NCBI RefSeq assembly: GCF_003918875.1 | Contig: NW_025767743.1 | Location: 124,001 to 188,000, forward strand | Direction: 5' to 3' | DNA length: 64,000 bases | Source: Haliotis rubra | Lineage: Eukaryota | Shown: in pieces, positions 26,518-38,500 of the stretch | Layout of the letters: every line of letters begins with the position of its first letter | Numbering within the stretch: the first letter of the stretch is position 1 | Position numbers and translations under genes: made by a program | The notes under the pieces: generated by a model | Seen by the model: only the letters and a program-made list of their open reading frames with translations | What the model was told of the DNA's origin: nothing | Database searches by the model: none

Positions 26518-27164
26518 TTTGACACAAGTCGTCCATGTTGTCTAGTCAATAAGGCGGAAATAAGACTTGTTATTACATAGATGTATTTCTTGTGGAAACC
26601 ATGGGAACACTTACAATGTTGTAGAAAACACAGAAATAAATATTGAAAGAACAAATTTTGTTTGTATTTTATTGACGGAACAATGTTTCAGAGGTTGATA
26701 TCACAATCAGTCATTTTGTTCCTTGAGTCACAGAGAGAACTTGCTTCAAGGGAAGAGCTTAACATGTCTGTTACAACCTTCTATCAAACCATACAATCAT
26801 ATATACTATCCATCAAAAGTTTAGACTCACTAGTGTAAATGTAGCCGCTTACTTCAGTCAACTGTTCTAAACTAGATTTTGCGAAAATATTCCATACTGT
26901 TTAAAGATACCGTTTACGCATGAACTGATGTATTGTAAAACATATTCGTAACATTGAACATATTTTTGTCATGAGTTCAATAAATGATAAAACACAGTGA
27001 AAACTGACGAATTCTAACCAAAACGCAGCTGTTCACATGCACGATATTTGCACATGCTTTTCAGCAATTTGATGCATGATCCTTGTGCAATTCATCTGCA
27101 TAAGGTTTTCAGTTGGTTCCCCCAAGATAGTGCAGAAATTAATCTCCGATGTAACCATGTATAG

Positions 27165-27754
27165 ACACTGAGACCCCGGATATCCGGACGCATTCGTTTT
27201 TACATAAATCATCCGGATAACTGAATAGCCGGATATCTGGATTTCTACTATCATGGCTTACCGTATACTACCATCTATATGCCGAATTTTGAGGATAAAA
27301 AAAGCAGTGTGTAGAAGGGGGTCGTCTTATCTTCATGAGTTATGCTTTCGTCAAATTTTTTACCAGGGGTAAGAAAACAACATCGCATCACTTCGCGTGA
27401 ACAAACAACAGAAGACAACTTTGTCAGTAAAGACGTCAAATTTGCAATTAACATCACTAGACAAGATTATTTACCTTTTAAGTTCTAAGTTGTTTTTGTC
27501 TTGTGTCAAAACACGTGGGACAATCGCGCTTCACTTCACACGGTCAGCGGAAGATCAAAGCTTCGTGCGGATAAGTGAGTCAAATTTGTGTTGATTTAAC
27601 CGGTTGGTTTGTAAAATTTACCGTCCGGGAACGGAAACCGCATATCCGTTATAGACAGTCACTTTTATAACGTAAGAGATTGTTTTTTTTATGAAATTTG
27701 ACCGGAAGGCGAGGTTTCCGGATATTTGGGGTCCGGGTATCTGGGATCTCACTG
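27165..27754. mobile_element. pogo/Tigger-like MITE
   Basis: CACTGAGACCCCGGATATCCGGAC...GTCCGGGTATCTGGGATCTCACTG followed by TA; internal ATCCGG subterminal motifs. Confidence 0.65.
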
Positions 27755-28197
27755 TATACAAATATATAATGAGTGCTTTAAGTGAGTCTAAACTTTTGAT
27801 GGGTAGTATACAAGTCACTGATCAAACAACTAATACAACAGTATAGGGATTTATACTGACACTTTAACAGCCATTGCAGACATGGCCTCAGCAAAAGTAT
27901 CGACAAAAGACATAGTGGTCTCACTTGCAATGTATATCTATATTTATGATCATGATTATATGTGTTGGAATAAATAGATTCTTCAATAATCATGGTAATC
28001 ACAGTAATTTGTCTATCAAGGTTGGGGTGGGTACAATATGCATTGGTATTCTCAAACACACACATGAATATGCAAGACACAAATACACTGTAATGACTGT
28101 TTATTCAAAACTGGATAATGGATAACTTTTGGTGAGGAGCATATTTTAAGTTTTGAGAAGGTAGTCCAATAATTAATATCATTGATAACCAGGATAG

Positions 28198-28635
28198 CAT
28201 GGTGGTTGTCCGATTAGTTGATATAATCGAAGATTGGTCGCAATGACTAAACGACCAAGCATTCGATCATGTTTTCTAATAATCGAACACAAACAATATT
28301 GGAACACTTGTTTGCATTTTTCACAAGGTTGGTTTTGTCTGTTACATTTCATAAGCACCACAAGCTTGTTCCTTGTCATGACTGAATTTATCTTAAAAAC
28401 TCCAGGACATTTATGTTCCTAACATACTAGTCATCTTTTAAGATGTGAAATTTGTAATGCATTTTGTGCAATTTGCAGAAAAACCGAACGAACTACATGT
28501 TTTTCTATATTTTTTGTGCATCAACAAACATAACCAAGAGAATTTGATAAATTACGCTAACCAATTATTTTCGATGGCTGATCGGTTGTAATGAACCAAT
28601 CATCAATTGTGAGATTTTAACCAATTCCCAACATT
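28198..28635 (-). mobile_element. hAT-like MITE (inverted, older copy of 33365-33791)
   Basis: Reverse-complement similarity over about 430 bp to 33365-33791. Confidence 0.7.
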
Positions 28636-29769
28636 TGTTAGCATACGACAAATGTAATACCTAAACAATTTATTCATGTTAATACATACTTGTTCCATCT
28701 TGAAGGAAATAATAACTACAGACAAAGCAGGCTTTGAAAACTTGCTGATATCTTCAAAAATCCATTCAAAATCCAAACTTAGTAAACTTAGGCTCAGTAT
28801 TATTCGTTCCACTGCTATACTAAGTCTCACAAACCCAAGTAGAAGGTCATGTCAGCAAACCTTTGCGCGACCTATAACCGTCCAATCAAATGCGAGACGG
28901 CCGAACGGATTTAACCAATCAGACAACGACTACTTGTTAGGGTTCAGCGGGACTTACAAAACGGTTTTTGAATTGTCTCTTCCCTGGTCGCTGACACTGA
29001 TCTATCAACAAACAAAATCTGCATAAAACACAGATATTTGACTTGCAGTATATACACTTATGGGTTTCTGATGACATGGTTACTATTCAGAACAATATAA
29101 TTTAATCATAAACATGAAAAGAGAAAATATCTCACCCTTTTTCAGGTCGTTTCATGTTAAGAGATTTTTTCAGAGCAATCAAAACATTTCGGGGGTTTTA
29201 AAAAGAAATATCGATTTAGTACTAGTTTTTAGTTAGGACTTTAACCTTTAACCTAGTTAACCTTTAACCTTCTAGCGCTTCACAGGCAGCTTGGGTTATC
29301 CAGGGTAATAATAATCAGATTGTTTGGGCGCATCGAGCATGCATTGTGCATGGAGAAATGCGCATAATAAATGGACTATTATCATTATTAATATTATTAT
29401 TAAGATAACATGACATGACCTTCCATGATTGGATTGTGACATATTCCTCAAGCGATTCAAAAATCGACAGTCAGTAACTCCCATACTTTAACATAGACAG
29501 AACTGTCAGTTTACATCGATGAGGTGACACTTTACCACATTGATGAGGTGACCCTTTACCACTCGGCCACCCCACCGCCCCTCTGCTGATTTAATGAGAT
29601 TGGGATGTCAGCATACAGTTTAGAAAAAAAAATGTACTTTTATGGCACTGGCAAGAACCAAAATTGAAATAAGTCTGTGTAACAGTAGTCTCAAAGAAAA
29701 CCAAGAACCAATGTGCAGTGTACCCATTCCTGTCTGAACACCATGCACAATCCAACAAAATCAGCCATA

Positions 29770-32700
29770 TTAATAATATCTCTGAGAATCTCTCTCATTC
29801 CAAGAATCTTTCTCATTCCAAGAATCTCTGTCATTCCGAGAATTTCTCTGATTCCAGGAATTTCTTTCATTCCAAGATTCTCTCTCATTTCCATAATCTC
29901 TCCCATGCCAAGAATCTCTGTCATTCCGATGACCTCTCCGATAATCCTTGGAATATTTTGTCTTGGACAGTTTCTTCATTTTGGTCATATATTTGGAAAG
30001 GCCTTCATCTTTGACATGCAAGGGCCTAGATATCCTAATGTCAAACTCAATGTCATGTTTGTCTTCGATGTGTGTTATCAGTGTTTCCATGGCATCTTTG
30101 ATGGCGCCATCTATGTCACCATATTCCTCGTTTGTGAAATCGTCCCACACGTATTCGCCTGCTTCCTCGTCCTCAGGTGGACAGTCTATTCCGATGGCAA
30201 GACTGGTCATTTCCTGAAACACAACAACCGTGAAAACAAACAACCAAACAAACAACCAAAAGACAGTGAGATGCATCTCGTTCTGGATACTCTCAAAGGC
30301 ATGAAATGATAGGTATTCAGCAATACACTTGTCAAATTATACCTATTACAATATTTTTGTGTAAAAATATCAAGGCTCGTATATAGGTGGACATAGGTGG
30401 ATCCAGAGGGGAGGTGCAGGGGTGCGCACACCCCCTTTTGTCCTGAAAGATTATTAAATGACCATTAAAACTCTCGGGAAAATGAAGTGTGCACCCCCAC
30501 TTTCTCGAGGGTGTGCACCCCTCCTTTCTCAAAAAGCTGTACCCGTCCCTGGTGGAACACTAAAAAACATAAAGCCTTTTCAAGGCATCCATCTGCAATG
30601 TTCAAGGATTCTTTAGTTGGGTTATTAGCTTTAGTTTGTCAAATATAGTTTAAATACAACAAACAATAATTTAGTCATCAGTGAGTGAGTGAGTTTGGTT
30701 TTACGCCGCTTTTAGCATTACTCCAGCAACATCACGGCAGGGGAAACCAGAAATGAGCTTCACACATTGTACCCAGTGGGGAATCGAACCCAGGTCTTCG
30801 GCGTGACGAGCCAACGCTTTACCCACTAGGCTACCCCGCCCCCTTTAGACATCAGACGAAAAACTAGTAGTATGAACAAAACTATTTTAAAGCAGATATA
30901 TTTCACAACCAACAAACATAAATTATTAATGCAGGCTATTGCAAATGTCTTCCAGTGAATGTCAATGATTATCACTACCTGTTATTATCTGAACATCCGT
31001 TCATGTCTTACTTATGTGAAAATACTTCTGGATTTCAAAATTAAAACACAATACTTACATCTGATTTGAGTGTCTCCATCGTGGATGCCACGCCACTGTG
31101 GCTGAAACATCAACACATTCCCTATAATAATAATAATACACATTCATAAAGCGCAGCAATTCACAAATATGATGTGCTTTGTGTACTAGCTGAGAGTTCA
31201 TCGCTGGAACTTGTAGTCTTTTAAGTCTCGAGATTGTAAATCTTTCGATCGTAAATTACAATCGTGATCTTCTGCGCGAAAGTTAGAAATAATGAGTTTA
31301 CATTATTATGTAATGCCGAGAAGACCTTACTTCTGCCTTCTCGGCAACCCTGACGGTGAAAATCAAGGGGAGACTCTGGGAAGGTATTGCAGAGACGTGA
31401 GTGACTTATCAATAATTTCTGTTTGTTTACATAATATATAATGTGACTTGCGCTGCCAAAATTAATAACTACAACAAACGCTGCCATCTTGTTCATACAC
31501 AACAATCGATCGTAAGTAAGTCACAGACAGTCATAAGCAACTTAAGGAAGTGATTTTAACTTTCAACTAATGAACTATTGTAACTTACAATCGCTTTGAG
31601 GAACGGTGGAGTGCTTGTAAGTTAAAGTTACAATTTGATTGTAGTGGTTTACAGGGCCCTGTTCAAACAAGTACAGTCATCCCTCGCAATAATGCTCTTC
31701 GTGATACCGTGGTTTCAGGTAAACCATGGGGTAATCTGTGACTCCCATAACAAGGCGATTATAATCTTCATGTCATCGGTAATAGCAGATCACCAAATCC
31801 GCTGTTGTGCTCAAGTTAATGGTGTTAGAAACTACCGAAATTCAGTGAGGATCACGATAAATAAGTTTCCATTTTACACATCCTCATATTAAGGGTTTTC
31901 AGATGCTTTAGAAACATTCGTGGGGTTCATTATTAATTACACGAACAGCGGAACATCGTACTAACTTATAAAAGACAACTCTATCATAAAGACATAACAA
32001 TGTTTGCTGTGATGCAACACACCGCATTATAGGGTGAGCAAACACTGCCATCCGAAAACGTATGATGTCAGAAAACAAATGACAAAACAATTTTGTATGT
32101 CTTTAGTTCTGTTCTAACTATGTGATCAGTGAATGATGACCCTTTGTACTGTATTTCAGTTATATCACAGTCTGGTATCTAAACATAAATCTTTGGTAAT
32201 TAAGAAAACTGCTCTTCACTATTGACAAATAGGATTAGTCATCAAATTGTACAATGTGTCTCCTGTTCTTATATTCTATTGACCATTTTGACCACTGACT
32301 AGCCTCTTACCTGTCTATGTCCACTTTGGAGATGTCAAACTCCCCTTTGGCCATATCTGGCAGTGCATGTACCAAATACACATTCTCCGCTTTCACGTCA
32401 AAGAAGCGAGCTGGAACAGCAGAATTTTCATAGATTGTAAGAGTTGAAAATACACACTGAGTCACACATGATAAGTTATTATAACATTCCTCCAATCTTT
32501 GATGGTATATCATCATCATCATCATCATCATCTTGTCTGCTCAAAACTGGATTATTTACAGAGTACCACCAAAAATGCTTCAATATTGCTGAGTGCGGCT
32601 TTTAACAACAAGCATGCAGCAGCAGCAGCATTATGATCCTCCTCCACTTGATAGATACTAGTATCAGCTCAAAAGCAGAATAGTATTCCCCAACCCGTGT

Positions 32701-35403
32701 ACGCTTTCTAATTATCTGAACTCCCTGGGGAGTATATGCCCAAGCTGCCAAGTGTGACGCTAGAAAGTTCTAACATCAACCTAACATATCAAGTATCCAA
32801 TCCCTGCTTGAGGTACTAAGTCACTTGCCCAAGGTGACAATACAAGTCTTGGCACCTATATGGGTGAAGGTATGTATTCATGTTTCCATGATTTGGTCAT
32901 CTACTGGTAGTGGTGTCGTGTGGTATTGTGCATAGCGCTCAGGTCACAATCAGTTGAAGTTAAGCAACGTTGAGCGTGGAGAGTCCTTGGATGGGTGACC
33001 GTGTGTGACAGCTTGACTCCTGAGAGTTTCTAGGACTTCAGTCCTGCCCCACAACAAAGCACATGTGATACATGTGGTCTCACCTTAGGCAAGTGAGTTT
33101 GCTCAAAATTGCCTCTGTTCACCCAGCAGAAAATGGGTACCCGGTGAAATAAGTTGTGAGACTATTAACCTTCTAGCGTCTAACAGGCAGCTTGGGTTAT
33201 CCGGGGTAATAATGATCAGATTGTGCGCTTTGAGCAGGATATCTAGCCTGGAAAAGGCACATTATAAATATTCTCATTATTATTATAAATATTCTCATTA
33301 TTATAAATATTCTCATTACTGGTGCTTGAGGCCGTTGTTTTGAGAGCACATGGTGACTGTACAGTAGTGTTGGGAATTGGTTAAAATCCCATAATTGATG
33401 ATTGGTTCATTACAACCGATCAATCATCGAAAATAATTGGCTAGCGTCATTTATGAAATTTACCTGGTTATTTTCGTTTGCGCAAAAACAAAAAGAAAAA
33501 AAATGTACTTCTTTGATTTTTATGTTGCAAATAGCACATCTTTAAAAGATGACTAGTATGTTAGAAACATTAATTTCTTGGAGTCTTTAAGATAAACTCA
33601 ATCATGACTTGGAACGAGCTTGTAGTGCTTATGAAATGTAACAGACAAAACCAAACTTGTGAAATATCTTGTTAATGCAAAAAGTTTTCCTGAATTGTTT
33701 GTGTTTGATTATGAGAAAACATGGTCGATTGCTTGGTCGTTTAGTCACTGCGACCAATCTTTGATTATTTCAATTAATCGGATCCCCACTACTGTACAGT
33801 ACACTAGTGACAACACTACAATAACACTATTTTTGGTTCACAGGCTGAATAAAATCTTATCAGAAGCAGGATAGTGTGTACGCACATAGAGTGAGTTAGT
33901 TTAGTTTTTACACTGCTTTTAGCAATATTCCAGCAATATCACGGCGGGGGACACCAGAAATGGGCTTCACACATTGTACCCATGTGGGGTATCGAACCCA
34001 GATCTTCGATGTGACGAGCAAATGCCTTAACCACTAGGCTACCCCGCCACCCCCTACAGACCTAGAGCTTGCTACCATGCTGCTTTAGACCACTTCCCCA
34101 GTCCACCTTAAACATACCCTACCACAACCATCATAACATGGTTTCATAGTTTCATTTCGGAGATGATGTTGCTGTCTTCTTTTTTTACTTTCACAATTCA
34201 AGAACAGAGGTTTGTCTACACCATACCACCTGGTTAACCAAATGGATATCGAGACAAACCAAAATGTTCCAAGTAACTATGGTAACAAGTGTCTTCTGTA
34301 GTCAAAAACTCACTTGATTTTACTACACTTGCTCCATTGATATTCACTGGCAACCGTGGTTTGAGAAGATGCAACTCTGTGTAGTTGCCAATGTGCGCTG
34401 AAGCAGTGAATCCGGCTGTGTTGTTGAACATGTGTGCCGTCCATCGCAGTCGCATCTTCTTCGCCAGAACATTCACAAACTGCATTCCAACACTGTAACG
34501 ACTTGACTGCATTTCTGGGTTGCCCAGACCAACAATCTGAAAAAAATGATTCTGTGTCATAGCGAGTGGTCTTTGGATTAATTGGGTGATTGATATTAGG
34601 AGATCATATCACACTGTCTGGATAGGAAGCAACCATCCAGTCACCATGGTCACCAAGCCTTACCACCTGATACAATAATTTCATCAATCTTTACTGTTTG
34701 TATTCGATACAGCTACATTTTATATCCAGAATCCCAATGTTTTTCCAGCATCTGATAAAACAGTTACAGGTTCCATAAACATTTCGAAAAATCCAGAAAT
34801 ATCGCTTTTTTCTGATAAATGAATTTTGAACTTTGACCTTCAGGATCACGGAAAAAATCTCTCGGTTACAAAGTCAACTGTTCCGATTACCAACAGAGAG
34901 TGATGTGTTGGCGCCTACATTGCAGTACTTCAGTAGCTTACAAAAAGACAGAAACATTAGCATTAGGTAGACACAAATAATACTAATACCACCAACATTA
35001 ACGCATTTTTGTCAATGTCATTTCAGAGATGGTCCAGCTACCGACCGGTGCATGCATGAATGTTGAATAATGCCTATAATGAACCGCTCCCGACAAAATT
35101 TTATATTCCATATCTATAAATCTCCTACACATTGTTGTAATTCAGAACAAATTCAAAAGAAAGGGTTACCAGAAATTTGTTTGTGAGCGATCTTGTCTCT
35201 CCAACTTCTGCCTCCGAGTCGGATTCGGACTCGTCATCTCGAGATGTCAACTGCGGATTACTGGTGCTGGTACAGAATCTGGCTGCAACAACCCGGTTAA
35301 GACTTCGTCGGATGCACGACCTCTTCGCCAAAATACGGGTTTCAACTGTAAAAGACCTGATTACGCCAGAAATACAAGAACTTAGAACAACTGTAAGATT
35401 CAT
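29770..35403 (-). CDS. PTRH1: peptidyl-tRNA hydrolase (Pth/PTRH1)-family protein, 347 aa, catalytic residues substituted
   Basis: Exons 35170-35403, 34314-34536, 32311-32410, 31059-31101, 29770-30213, GT-AG and phases close. Motifs KFLIVGLGNP, LLKPRLPVNINGASV, VYLVH, HSGV, LAIGIDCP are colinear with Pth. The N-terminus is Arg/Ser-rich like a mitochondrial presequence. Ortholog versus paralog is not established. Confidence 0.85.
30680..30844 (-). mobile_element. SINE family B
   Basis: Full-length copy; TTTAG(T/A)CATCAG on both flanks. Confidence 0.85.
32908..33319 (+). mobile_element. SINE family D: tRNA-like start, 5S rRNA-derived segment, CORE-like domain and AT-rich tail
   Basis: GAAGTTAAGCAACG...GTCCTTGGATGGGTGACC resembles 5S boxes A/C. 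CCTTAGGCAAGT...CACCCAGCAGAAAATGGGTACC resembles CORE. The 3' part recurs at 29262-29403 and 43240-43390. Confidence 0.65.
33365..33791 (+). mobile_element. hAT-like MITE with 8-bp TSD
   Basis: TAGTG...CACTA termini flanked by a perfect CTGTACAG duplication (33357-33364 and 33792-33799). Confidence 0.85.
33889..34054 (-). mobile_element. SINE family B
   Basis: Full-length copy. Confidence 0.85.
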
Positions 35404-35599
35404 GATGAAACGATCACCATGTGCATTTAAGACCCAACACGAATGCAACAGAAATTCTAATTGGACCGCACGGAATTCTTTATTTGTAACACGTTTTCTG
35501 ATTGGTCAATCCTGTTATGGAAATAGAAAAGATCGAAATCCCCAAATCTAAAAATAAATTGCGTACGTGAACTTCCTGTGGCTATAAATAACAAGCAGC
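35404..35599. promoter_or_regulatory. putative bidirectional promoter PTRH1-like/HSD17B8
   Basis: 196 bp between divergent ATGs; two ATTGG (CCAAT) boxes (35460, 35501), ETS-like ACTTCCTG (35571) and TATAAA (35583). Confidence 0.6.
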
Positions 35600-38500
35600 A
35601 TGGCGTCGGGAGTCTTGGCAGGAAGATTAGCTATCGTGACTGGTATCTGGAAATTTTGGAACATTTTAGTTCTATTTTTATTCTAAAGTTGTTTTCTAAA
35701 GCTACAAAAGTTTATGCATCCGTATTTATGAATGCTTCCGACATTATCATGAATTTATCGTCGAAAACATTTCCTGTGTTATCAGCATTGGGTGTCGTCT
35801 GTTTTTCGACTCAAATGACATTGGCCGTCTTTGACCTCCACCCGATTTGATCGAATGAGGCGTGTCAGCGTGTCAAGTGTCCTCTGATCTCAGCGTTTTC
35901 CTTCACGACAGTGTTATCAAACAGTGTTGCAAACTTGAGACCAAACGTCACTGTGTGTTTTGAGTGTTTTGAAAACTTCTTTTAAACCCCACAAAATAAA
36001 AAAAAGTGATGTTGATATTATCGACCAGAAAACTCTTTTTACGTCTTTTCACATAGATTGAGCTCAGACCATGTCAAATATATTCCAGTTTTAGTCTCAG
36101 TAGTAGCTTTAAGTGCATGTTACCCTGAAATACAGTATCAGCATACGTTCTAAGGAAGTGAGTGACGTATCAATGTGTTATTACATATCATCAGCTCCTT
36201 GGTTGGCAACAGTCCCATCAAGAGCAATGACAGCTATTATCAATGATAATAGTTTTGTTTGTTCTGCGCTTTTTCAGCTTGGTCGTTTGTGCTCTAATGT
36301 TCAACTAGTTTGTGTGGGTTTGATCAATTTCAGTCTGTGAAAATCTCAAGTGTTTATGTTGACCCATAAAAAACTTTGCATCAAAACTCCATTGTCAGGT
36401 ATTCCTTTGTTTCCATGGTTACAGGAGGTGGAAGCGGCATAGGTAAAGCAATATGCCAGGTGTTTGCTCGAGAAGGGGCTATACTGGCGGTGGTGGACAT
36501 CGACAAGTCCAATGCTGAGGCAACTGTGTCAGGGCTTCCACAAGGCAGTGAGTAGCTCATGTTACAAGGATTGTACATGGTTTTCCAGACATCTTGGTAT
36601 TCAGCCAATAGTAGCAGATAACTTCCTGTCATTGTAACACCCAACAGTATATCATTCCATCAGCATCAGCAGTGTAGGAAAGATGTAGAAGATCTAGCCT
36701 GTCCACAGGACTGGCAGGTCAAATTTTTTACCAGTCCTGCCAAAATCTAGCCTGTCCTCCAAATATAAATAAAACACCTTCGGCAGTAAATATTCAAAAA
36801 GGTTATAATCATTATATATATGTCATTGGTTTGCTAAAATTGACCCGACATGAGGATGGACTAGATATTTTTTTAACCCGTCCTCCACAAAATTCATCCG
36901 TCTCGGACGTTGGGACGGGCTATCTTTCCTACACTGGCATCAGTAAAAGACCCCTATCTGTATGGCATCACCATCTCCAAATATCCCAACCAGTAAAATA
37001 TCTGTCAGTAAAATGTCCCCATCAGTAAAACATTTCCATCAGTAAAATATCTCACTGAGTAAAATATCCCCATCAGTAAAATATTCCATTGAATAAAATG
37101 TCCCCATCAGTAACATATCCCACTGAGTAAAACATCCCCCATCAATAAAATTTCTCACTGAGTAAAATGTCCCCATCAGTAAAATATCCCACTGAGTAAA
37201 ACATCCCCATCAGTAAAATATCCCACTGAGTAAAACATCCCCATCAGTAAAATATCTGTCAGTAAAACATCCCCATCTGTAAAATATCTGTCAGTAAAAC
37301 ATCCCCATCTGTAAAATATCTGTCAGTAAAACATCCCCATCTGTAAAATATCTCTGAGTAAAACATCCCCATCAGTAAAATATCCCACTGAGTAAAACAT
37401 CCCCATCAGTAAAATATCCCACTGAGTAAAACATCCCCATCTGTAAAATATCTGTCAGTAAAACATCCCCATCTGTAAAATATCTGTCAGTAAAACATCC
37501 CCATCTGTAAAATATCTGTCAGTAAAACATCCCCATCAGTAAAATATCTGTCAGTAAAACATCCCCATCTGTAAAATATCTGTCAGTAAAACATTCCCAT
37601 CGACAACCGACAACCCTCTATCAGTGAATGTAGAGCACTGTAAGTGGACACTTTCACTGGTAAAACCTATTTGTGATCAATACAAAACAGACTCTGAGTA
37701 TCTGTCAAACAAAACATTGTCAAACCAAGCAGGTTAGTTTGTGTTTCTGTTTCATAAACCATATATATGCTACATCTGTTATCAGGCTCATGTTTACTGA
37801 TTGTCTGAAAACAGAACTAGCAGGGTTGGTGTTGTATTGTTGCTCTGAATGCTTTTACTGATAGCATTTTCTTGTCTGCATATATATTATTCTTAATGAG
37901 GAATTGAGCAGTTTGTGTAATGTGTAGTTATTATTGTTGCCATACTCTAGGGTTGTTATGATTTACTTGCATATTCAGTGAATATGGACCTTATTAACAC
38001 GGTCAACCTGAACAAAACATGTCAAAGAATTAATTTTTTTATTGTTTCATTGAATATAGGGAATAATACATCAGCTACTGACCGCCTCCGTGGTGTAGTT
38101 GTTAGAGCGTCCGCCCGGAGTGCGGAAGGTCGCGGGTTCGATCCCCGACCGCGTCATACCAAAAGACGTTAAAATATGGTACTTGTTGGTCCCTGCTTCG
38201 GCATTAATGGGTACAATAAGGACTGGTCAGCTTGGAGTCAGTATAATGTGTCTGAGTGGGGTATTCATGCTTCACTGCGGCATGGTATCTCAGTGGGCTA
38301 GCGCTATAAAACCAGCTTCAGTATGGGCTAGTACAAGCAGCCGCACATACACATACACATGCATGCACGTCGTCATATGAGCGAAATATTCTCAAGCACA
38401 ACGTTAAACCTAATTCCACCACCACCACCACCACATCCACTACTGACCTGTTATGGTATTCATTTCCCATTGTTCATCATAACTATTATATTTGCCTTAT

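Noticed and set aside
29713-30309. 198-aa plus-strand ORF
   Set aside because: Antisense shadow of the last Pth-like exon and its 18-bp repeats.
32955-33001. 5S rRNA gene
   Set aside because: Only about 45 nt of diverged internal-promoter sequence embedded in a SINE.
29770-35403. Calling the Pth-like gene a pseudogene
   Set aside because: All five exons have canonical splice sites, phases close and there is no stop or frameshift.
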